Of a stretch of 64,000 bases of DNA, positions 18,395-25,655 are shown piece after piece; positions within the stretch are counted from its first letter, which is position 1; each line of letters opens with the position of its first letter. A program made the translations under genes and the position numbers. The DNA lies in contig JAPLYL010000003.1 of assembly GCA_026395595.1 (NCBI GenBank), positions 12,136 through 76,135 on the forward strand. The letters run 5' to 3'. A model generated the notes under the pieces. It was given only the letters and a program-made list of their open reading frames with translations, made no database searches and had not been told where the DNA came from. The stretch is from Candidatus Parcubacteria bacterium (GTDB lineage: Bacteria; Patescibacteriota; Minisyncoccia; Phycocordibacterales; CAIJYI01).

Positions 18395-21103
18395 ATGAAT
18401 AAACCATGTTTGGTGCTTACTCAATCGAGAGAAGAAAGCGGGTATAACGATTTTATCGGGCGTTTTTATCATTTTCCAGAAAAATATCTTGGTCAATTCA
18501 AGGAACTTCCTGCGGAATTTGTTTATTACGAGCCGACAAAAAGCGGGGATGGAGTATATTTCGGATACGGAAGGATAGAAAATCAGCCGACAGCAGACAA
18601 ACGAGAGGACGGACATTATTTTGTAGAGATTTCAGATTATAAGCCTTTTGCAAAACCAGTTCCGTTTAAAAACGAGACCGGGATTATACGAGAAGCGGAC
18701 TCGCCTCATTATAATGCGCAAAATGCGGTACGGAAACTGCCAACACTAACTCTGGATGAAATTTGTCTCGATGGGAAAGTTCGTCTTAATTTCAAGGCGG
18801 ATGCTCACCTCATCAAGGTACTCGGAGAACAACTCATTGCTTCGGAGAAGGTCGGGATACTCGAACTTATTAAAAACGCATACGATGCGGGAGCATCATA
18901 TTGCAGGGTTAGAATCGAAAATATTCCTGGTATGTTGCCCGCGCCGGAAAGCGAATGCTTGTTTCCTGAACTCTCCGGACCAGTAATCATAATTGATGAC
19001 GATGGTTATGGAATGACTCGTTCGGTCATTGAAGACGGCTGGCTGCGACCAGCATCCACTATCAAAACAACGGTGAAAGAAACGATGCGAAAAGAAAGAG
19101 AGAAGGCCGCCGCCTCGGGAAGACTCGGTTCTTATGATAAGCTGATCGACGAAATTAAAAAGGAACGCGGGGGAAGAATACCGTTGGGCGAAAAAGGCGT
19201 TGGCCGGTTTGCTTCGCACCGTCTGGGAAAACGTCTTTTGTTAACGACAAAAACCCGTGATCTTGACTACGAGTATGTGCTCGACATAGATTGGGATCAG
19301 TTTGACAGCGATGATGGTGCGGTTAAAAATCTTGACGCTGTCGGCATAAACTTATACCGCCAAAAGCCATCAAGGAACTATGGAAAGAAAGGGTCCGGAA
19401 CTCAGCTTGTGATACACGGTGGGCGTAAAGGTTTTTCTTGGGAACCGGAAACGGTTGGTGATTTACAAAGATCCATCTCCAGTTTGAATTCCCCTCAGGT
19501 TGTACAAAAACCGGATATGGAATTGCCGTTTAAGGCGTTTTTGGAATGTCCGCAAATAGGATACACAAAGAATGATGCCGAAACACTTACTTTTCCCCCC
19601 ATCTTTTCATTTGACGGACAAATCGATGAAAACGGAATTTTGAAATATACGCTAAAATTTACCCCGCCCAAGTCGGTACCGATGTCGCCCGAAACGACGG
19701 AAGACAAAAACTTTGATCTGAGGAAGGCCAAACCGGAACACTGGAAGAAAACGGAAACGGAAGAAGGTTTTCGAAAACCTGAATCCGGCCCTTTCCGGTT
19801 GCACGTGGATGCATGGTACAGAACCGGTCCGTGGATTGTGGGACCCGAGGTGGATTCGTTTACAAAACGACTTGACGACTTTGGCGGAGTATCGATTTTC
19901 AGAGACGGAATCAATGTTTTCCCCGCGGAATGGGGTGCGGAAACGGATTGGCTTGATTTGTCGACAAGACACATTAAACGGGGACGTCATCTTTCCTACT
20001 ACAACATAATCGGTAATCTGGAAATCAACCAAGAGAATAATATTAATCTCATTGATAAGACAGACCGCGAAGGGTTAATCAAAAACAAAGCGTATAACGA
20101 TTTGGTGCTCCTCACACGGGCGGCCATACTCAATATCCTCGAAATATCTTTTGAAGGAAAGCGCGACCAATATAGCAAATTAATCGGTGAGGTGGTACGA
20201 GACCCCGCTGCATTAAAAAATTATGCAAAACAAGGATCGTCTCTCATTTCATCGATTAAAGAAAAGTACCCGTTCGAACAGGATCCCTATGATATTCTCG
20301 ATTCTGTTGGTAAACCCGCAGAGCGTGGAGAAAATCTCGTTAATCTTTCAACGTCGCTTAAAAACCTTCAGAAGAGTCTTGATCTTATGAAAGAGTCTCA
20401 AGAAATGCTCACCGAACAAGCGGGTTATGGATTGGCTGTCGCCGTTTCAGTACACGAGATTGCGAAGATCGCCGCAAATTTCTATACGGGGGTGTCTCAA
20501 CTTTTGAAGTCCGATCGACAGGATGCCGACAAACTTCGAAATCTCAAAGACGCATCGGCCTCCTTGCAGTCGGAACTTAAACGGCTCAGTCCTCTTCGGG
20601 CTGTTCGTACCGAGGCGCGTACCGAATTCCCAATAACGAAACCGATCAATTTTGCCGTTGAGGTCTTTCGATCCAGATTCGAAAAAATGGGGGTGGAAGT
20701 AAAAGTTAATACCAAAGAACAATTTTCCGTATATGGCAGATACGGCGCATTTGCTCAAGTCTTTTCGAATTTATTTGATAACAGTTGCTATTGGTTAGAG
20801 TCGATGCCGCGCAAAAACAGAAAAATTGAAGTCCTCATAGATGCAAAGCATAGAACGATAACAGTCGCCGATTCGGGTCCGGGTATCGCTGAGGTGATTT
20901 TGCCGTACATTTTCGAGCAGGGCTACAGTTTGAAAATTCCACCAAGCGGTCTCGGCTTATATATCTGCAAACATTATATGCATAGTATGAGGGGAGATAT
21001 TTACCTGACGTTGGACAGAGAAAGAATAAACGAACTTTCTGGGGCGCAATTTACTCTGGATTTGGGAAAGGTCGAATCAGAACGTCCGATAGCAAAGAAA
21101 TAA
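18395..21103 (+). CDS. 902-aa multidomain protein: N-terminal unknown domain, GHKL/MORC-like ATPase, C-terminal histidine-kinase core (DHp-like plus HATPase_c)
   Basis: N-box ELIKNAYDAGAS, G1 IIIDDDGYGM and G2 GEKGVGRFASHRLG. C-terminal candidate H-box VSVHEIAKIA followed by ITVADSGPGIAEV...GLGLYICKHYMHSMRGDIYL. Confidence 0.7.
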   Translation: MNKPCLVLTQSREESGYNDFIGRFYHFPEKYLGQFKELPAEFVYYEPTKSGDGVYFGYGRIENQPTADKREDGHYFVEISDYKPFAKPVPFKNETGIIREADSPHYNAQNAVRKLPTLTLDEICLDGKVRLNFKADAHLIKVLGEQLIASEKVGILELIKNAYDAGASYCRVRIENIPGMLPAPESECLFPELSGPVIIIDDDGYGMTRSVIEDGWLRPASTIKTTVKETMRKEREKAAASGRLGSYDKLIDEIKKERGGRIPLGEKGVGRFASHRLGKRLLLTTKTRDLDYEYVLDIDWDQFDSDDGAVKNLDAVGINLYRQKPSRNYGKKGSGTQLVIHGGRKGFSWEPETVGDLQRSISSLNSPQVVQKPDMELPFKAFLECPQIGYTKNDAETLTFPPIFSFDGQIDENGILKYTLKFTPPKSVPMSPETTEDKNFDLRKAKPEHWKKTETEEGFRKPESGPFRLHVDAWYRTGPWIVGPEVDSFTKRLDDFGGVSIFRDGINVFPAEWGAETDWLDLSTRHIKRGRHLSYYNIIGNLEINQENNINLIDKTDREGLIKNKAYNDLVLLTRAAILNILEISFEGKRDQYSKLIGEVVRDPAALKNYAKQGSSLISSIKEKYPFEQDPYDILDSVGKPAERGENLVNLSTSLKNLQKSLDLMKESQEMLTEQAGYGLAVAVSVHEIAKIAANFYTGVSQLLKSDRQDADKLRNLKDASASLQSELKRLSPLRAVRTEARTEFPITKPINFAVEVFRSRFEKMGVEVKVNTKEQFSVYGRYGAFAQVFSNLFDNSCYWLESMPRKNRKIEVLIDAKHRTITVADSGPGIAEVILPYIFEQGYSLKIPPSGLGLYICKHYMHSMRGDIYLTLDRERINELSGAQFTLDLGKVESERPIAKK

Positions 21104-21107
21104 AATC

Positions 21108-22541
21108 ATGCGCTATTCCGTTTGCATTATCGATGATGAAATACCTGTTGCCGGAGTTGAAGGTTTTCGGGATACCGAATTGCTTAATTCGTCAAATCTC
21201 GGGCAGCTACTGCGACAAAATGAGCATCCTTGGACAGATGAAGTGGTAAAGCACTTCGTTCAAACGTTGTTGGAGGAAAAGGAGGATGACGGCACTTCGA
21301 AATGGGATGTATATGCTTTTACAAATCCCGCGCTTTATATCAACCATTTGGAAAACGGAACGTTTCGCCCCGATCTCTTGGTTTTTGATTGGGATTATTC
21401 CACCGGAGGTGTTGATTCCGAAGCACGTCTGAAGGAAATCCTCGAAAGAACCTTTTGTCTCGTGTTTGTCTTTTCAAAAGCCGACAGAGAAGACGAAATA
21501 AACGCCATTTTGAGCACACCGGAGTTTTTGGAATATCAAGGTCGGGTGAGTTATCTCAAAAAAGGCGATCCGGCTGCGGACAATGTCAATACTCTTTTGG
21601 AAAAAGCGAATGAAATGGATAAGAACAATTTTTCTTTTAAGTTTGCTGGCAGGTTACGGCGCGAGTCTTTGAAAATCATGGATAGAACTTTGTCCGATCT
21701 TGGTAAAGCGACAGTCAGTGATATTAAAAATTATCTTGCCTTGGAGGACGGAGAAGAAAAGCATGGGCTTATTGACTTTATTGCTGATCGCTTTCGGTCA
21801 GGTCTTGTTGAAACGGATTTTCCTGAATTGACTGAGGCGTACACCACACCCGCAACAACGGGTACAGGAGGGATTGATAATAACCTCGTAAAAAAGATAT
21901 GGGCATATCGACTTTATCGACCCCTTGATGGAACAGTCTCTTTGGCAAATGAACTTGTGCGTCGCGGAGATATTATCAAATACGAAGACAACCATTACCT
22001 TGTTGTATCAGCGGCTTGTGATTTAAAAAGATTTTGGAAAAAAAATTTCGGAACAATAAATTTGCTCCCGCTTCATAGACTTCATAACTCGAATACGGAG
22101 TTAAAAGATTTGCTGAGTTTTTGTTTGGACCCCGAAAATGTCTCAAAAAAATTAAAGACCGGAAAATTTCAAAATCTTACTGGAAGGTTGGGTGATCTTC
22201 CAGACGGTCCGTTCATTTTGCCGTTCTTGAAAGAGAACGACAACTACGAATGTTTCGTCGTACTTCCAAAAGAAATGTCTGGGCATAAAATTCCTGTTCA
22301 TCGAGACGTTTCTGCATTAGAATTAGATAAAAGAAAGGAAGCTTCTCTAAAATATGAGTGGTTGGGAGCGGAAAAGTTGTGTTCGGTATCTGAGCCATTC
22401 CTATCTGCCATAATTCAGCATACGTTTGGGACTATCGGCGGGTATGGAACCCCAGACTACCCTAAGGAGATGAAAAAAATCTTTGAGGAAATTTTAGATG
22501 AGTTCACCGCTGCTATTCCAGCGGAAAGAATACAAACATGA
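21108..22541 (+). CDS. 477-aa protein with degenerate receiver-like N-terminus and uncharacterised C-terminal domain
   Basis: SVCIIDDE (beta1 acidic pair), RPDLLVFDWDY (candidate phospho-Asp), CLVFVFSKAD (Thr/Ser position), VSYLKKG (Lys). Start 4 nt after the upstream stop; ATGA overlap with dcm. Confidence 0.45.
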   Translation: MRYSVCIIDDEIPVAGVEGFRDTELLNSSNLGQLLRQNEHPWTDEVVKHFVQTLLEEKEDDGTSKWDVYAFTNPALYINHLENGTFRPDLLVFDWDYSTGGVDSEARLKEILERTFCLVFVFSKADREDEINAILSTPEFLEYQGRVSYLKKGDPAADNVNTLLEKANEMDKNNFSFKFAGRLRRESLKIMDRTLSDLGKATVSDIKNYLALEDGEEKHGLIDFIADRFRSGLVETDFPELTEAYTTPATTGTGGIDNNLVKKIWAYRLYRPLDGTVSLANELVRRGDIIKYEDNHYLVVSAACDLKRFWKKNFGTINLLPLHRLHNSNTELKDLLSFCLDPENVSKKLKTGKFQNLTGRLGDLPDGPFILPFLKENDNYECFVVLPKEMSGHKIPVHRDVSALELDKRKEASLKYEWLGAEKLCSVSEPFLSAIIQHTFGTIGGYGTPDYPKEMKKIFEEILDEFTAAIPAERIQT

Positions 22542-23578
22542 AAAAATTCAACGCAATAGATTTGTTTTCCGGATGCGGCGGTTTAACACAGGGATTAAAA
22601 ACCGCCGGATTTGAGGTGCTTGCAGCTTTTGATAATGATGACGACTCAATAGCGGCATATCGGTTAAATCACCCGGAAGCCGTTATTTTCGAGGGCGACA
22701 TCCGCAAAGTACAAACGGCGGACGTTAAGAAATTATTGAAGGGAGAGCCCTTGCATCTTTTAGCTGGTTGCCCGCCTTGCCAGGGTTTTTCCTCTATGCG
22801 ACGGCGCAATAATAAAAGAACCAAAAACGATTCTCGAAACAACCTGATTTTGGAATATCTGCGATTTGTGAAAGAACTCGAACCGCTAACGATCATGATG
22901 GAAAATGTTCCCGGTCTGAAAAATTATCATTTGTTTCAGTACACAATGCGCGAATTGCAAAAACTCGGATATAATCCGAAATATCAAGCTGTTAAGATTC
23001 AAGAATACGGAATTCCGCAGCGGCGCAAGCGTCTCGTTGTCGTCGGTTCGTTGCTTGGCGATATTAATATTGCTGGCCCGACAATGGAAAAAATGACGGT
23101 TCGAGATATGATCGGTCACATAGAATCGGTTGCTGAAACGAAAGACCCGATTCATAAAATCGTCGCGTCGCATACACCGGAAGTGATGAAGCGCATAAAA
23201 GCCACTCCCAAAAATGGTGGGAGTCGTTCGGATCTTCCCAAAAAATACGAACTCGAGTGCCACAAAGAAGAAGGGGTGGGGTTTAATGACGTTTACGGTC
23301 GCTTGCGGTGGGACGATTATTCAACGACAATGACTGGCGGTTGTTTAAATCCCTCCAAGGGTCGTTTCTTGCACCCGGAAGAAAATAGAGCGATCACGGC
23401 AAGAGAAGCGGCACTTTTGCAAACTTTTCCTAAGGACTACAAATTTCCGGACCGTATTTCAAAAACTTCAATCTCGTTGTTGATAGGCAACGCCCTTCCG
23501 CCGAAATTCAGCCACATTCAATCAACCAATATTTTGGAACACCTAAAAGAATTTGAGATCAAAAATAAAACGCACTAA
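22538..23578 (+). CDS. dcm: DNA (cytosine-5)-methyltransferase
   Basis: Motif I FSGCGG, motif IV GCPPCQGFS, motif VI ENVPGL, motif VIII QRRKR, motif X GNALPP. Confidence 0.9.
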   Translation: MKKFNAIDLFSGCGGLTQGLKTAGFEVLAAFDNDDDSIAAYRLNHPEAVIFEGDIRKVQTADVKKLLKGEPLHLLAGCPPCQGFSSMRRRNNKRTKNDSRNNLILEYLRFVKELEPLTIMMENVPGLKNYHLFQYTMRELQKLGYNPKYQAVKIQEYGIPQRRKRLVVVGSLLGDINIAGPTMEKMTVRDMIGHIESVAETKDPIHKIVASHTPEVMKRIKATPKNGGSRSDLPKKYELECHKEEGVGFNDVYGRLRWDDYSTTMTGGCLNPSKGRFLHPEENRAITAREAALLQTFPKDYKFPDRISKTSISLLIGNALPPKFSHIQSTNILEHLKEFEIKNKTH

Positions 23579-23593
23579 TGGACCAAATTGTGT

Positions 23594-23790
23594 AAAAAAC
23601 CACACAAACCGCACACTGCAAATGGTTCCAGACGATACGAAAAAACGTGAAAATGGCACAAACGGCACACCCAACGCATTCATTATATCCAGCTTTTACG
23701 TCGAAATGACACAAACGACACACGAAACCGCACAAACCTCACACAGAAAATGGCTTATTATTGTGAAAATGCCACAAATGCCACACTCAC
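23594..23790. repeat. iteron-like array of five ~21-bp units, each a duplicated half-site xCACAAAy-xCACAC with covarying x
   Basis: Units at about 23596, 23650, 23703, 23724 and 23765 (GGCACAAACGGCACAC, GACACAAACGACACAC, GCCACAAATGCCACAC and so on). Start-to-start spacing is 54, 53, 21 and 41 bp, roughly whole helical turns. Confidence 0.55.
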
Positions 23791-23939
23791 GCTCGTTGTT
23801 TTACACCCAAGGCGACCACAATCGACTGTGTGGGGAGTTTTGGCGCGGGTTTAAGGTTTCCTCGGTTTTGAACAAAAAGACAGACCGCGAGAATTTTTGA
23901 AGGAAAACTGGATTTATCAGCGAACGTGGAGTAAAATGA

Positions 23940-24140
23940 AACTACAACTAAATAAGTATTGACCTAACCCACCGGGTCTGCCGATGGTATGGTCAGAGAG
24001 TCGATCAAGCATAAAGAACCCGTCAGGGGGTTTGCTTGATCGCCATATCGGGAAACCGGTATGAAGGGCTTCGGCTCTTACCCGTGGCGGGCTTTTTGTA
24101 CCCGAAACCGCGGTTATAAATAAGACGATCAAGCAAATTT
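23940..24140 (+). promoter_or_regulatory. structured 5' leader (candidate cis-regulatory RNA) upstream of 24141 gene
   Basis: About 190-nt ORF-free leader with nested hairpins (gatcaagca...tgcttgatc) and a short cccgtggcggg-ctttttg terminator-like stem before the start codon. Confidence 0.3.
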
Positions 24141-24569
24141 ATGGAAGAAGTAAAAAAGGAACCTCCGCGGAAAAGTCATTTACTCCGCGTATTGTTCATA
24201 TCTATCGGAATTATTATTTTTGTTCCGTTTATCGTTGGTTTAAGTACGGGCGCGGGTAAGGGCAAAACTCTAAACCAGCCGCAGATCGGAGAAACATATA
24301 CCCTTAACTATAACGACGATGTATCCAATTGCGACGGAAAAGTTGTCGTGCCAATCGATGAAAAAAGTCAGGAAGCTTACGGCAAAGCGGCGGTGGCGAA
24401 AGATAATGAAGAAATTGCCATGATGGTACTTGAGGGTAACGCCTTCTTCGTACCGAACTGCACAACCGTGAAAGTGATAGATCGAAACATGTACATACGA
24501 AAAATCAGAATTATGGATGGAGAACAAACATTAAAAACAGGGTGGGTTCCGAATGAATATTTGAAGTAA
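24141..24569 (+). CDS. small secreted/membrane-anchored protein, hypothetical
   Basis: N-terminal TM/signal segment LLRVLFISIGIIIFVPFIVGLS. Confidence 0.45.
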   Translation: MEEVKKEPPRKSHLLRVLFISIGIIIFVPFIVGLSTGAGKGKTLNQPQIGETYTLNYNDDVSNCDGKVVVPIDEKSQEAYGKAAVAKDNEEIAMMVLEGNAFFVPNCTTVKVIDRNMYIRKIRIMDGEQTLKTGWVPNEYLK

Positions 24570-24638
24570 GAGAAGAACGATAAAAGCTCGCCGATAAAAA
24601 ATATTGGCGGTCTTTTGTTTTTAGGGTAATATGAGCGC

Positions 24639-25328
24639 ATGAAAGGTGACACAAACAAACTCTCGCGCGGGGAGAAACTTTTTCAGCGTATATCTCAAGG
24701 AGAAAAGTTTACCCATCTCGTAGAAAACATACGGAAAAACTATAAAATCTCGACTGAAGGATTTTCATTTCAGGAAGATATTACGGACTGGTATGCACAG
24801 CATAGCTCGGGGGTCGGGTCCGGAGACTACGAAGAATTCAAGGATGAAATAAACAAACTGCTCATGAAAAATGCACTGCCAGTCAATCAGTGGTGGTGGA
24901 CGAGGGCAACGACGCATATTTTGTCCGGAGACAAGGTTTCTTTTCTACCGCCGTTGCACTCGTTTCAGCATCCGTTTGTTGAAATGATGGATAAGCATGT
25001 CGGAAGAGATGGAAGTTACACTGATATTCGTTTATATGAGGGAGCGGTCCAAAGGGATATGGATGATTTCATGAGCGAAAATTGGGGACGGATGAAACCA
25101 TCGTATCGTGTGGGTACCATCCAAAAAATTCGCAAAGAAAGTCCCGTTGATATCGAAATCAATAAGGAGGCGGATTTCCTTTTGAGGCACTCAAAAAGTG
25201 ATCTTGGAATAAAGAACACGACAAAAGAAATCGCCGTGAGCGGACATCTTACGAAAAAATATGGCAAAAAAATAACGAGCGATTCTGTAAAAATGCGGGT
25301 TCAACGATTGCGTCGAAAGAAGAGGTAA
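24639..25328 (+). CDS. hypothetical protein (basic C-terminal tail QRLRRKKR)
   Basis: 229-aa ORF, no motif. Confidence 0.45.
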   Translation: MKGDTNKLSRGEKLFQRISQGEKFTHLVENIRKNYKISTEGFSFQEDITDWYAQHSSGVGSGDYEEFKDEINKLLMKNALPVNQWWWTRATTHILSGDKVSFLPPLHSFQHPFVEMMDKHVGRDGSYTDIRLYEGAVQRDMDDFMSENWGRMKPSYRVGTIQKIRKESPVDIEINKEADFLLRHSKSDLGIKNTTKEIAVSGHLTKKYGKKITSDSVKMRVQRLRRKKR

Positions 25329-25470
25329 CAGATATTGCACCGCAATACATGTCACTTACCGGAAAAAGAAAAAATGCGACCATAATCTTGTGGCCGCATT
25401 TTGCGTCCACGAGGTGACGTCACAAAGCTCAAGCCGCTCCGGTGAGTCACCCTCCGGAGCGGCTTAGTGC

Positions 25471-25644
25471 ATGAATGACACAAGGCTCACAATTGAAAAT
25501 TGCCGAAAACTTTTAGGTGATGAAGATTTAATCGACGAGAGGGTCGTGGAAATTCGCGATGCCTTGTATTCCATTGCGGAAAGTGTTTTTGATAAACACA
25601 AAAACACTGGATATACCCCGGATATAGGGTATAATTCTCAATAA
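25471..25644 (+). CDS. candidate 57-aa small protein immediately upstream of the recombinase (possible accessory or directionality factor)
   Basis: ORF MNDTRLTIENCRKLLGDEDLIDERVVEIRDALYSIAESVF..., below the ORF-track length cutoff; ends 11 nt before the recombinase start. Confidence 0.25.
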   Translation: MNDTRLTIENCRKLLGDEDLIDERVVEIRDALYSIAESVFDKHKNTGYTPDIGYNSQ

Positions 25645-25655
25645 TCAAAAAGTTT

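Noticed and set aside
23594-23790. CRISPR array
   Set aside because: Units are ~21 bp and degenerate rather than identical 28-37-bp repeats. Spacers are 20-33 bp and partly repeat-like. No cas genes in the window.
23553-23900. 115-aa ORF overlapping the 3' end of dcm and the CACAAAC repeat array
   Set aside because: The nucleotide repeats fall in different codon phases within the ORF (NGTNGT versus MTQTTH versus MPQMPH). Conservation is therefore at DNA level, not protein level. It also overlaps dcm out of frame.
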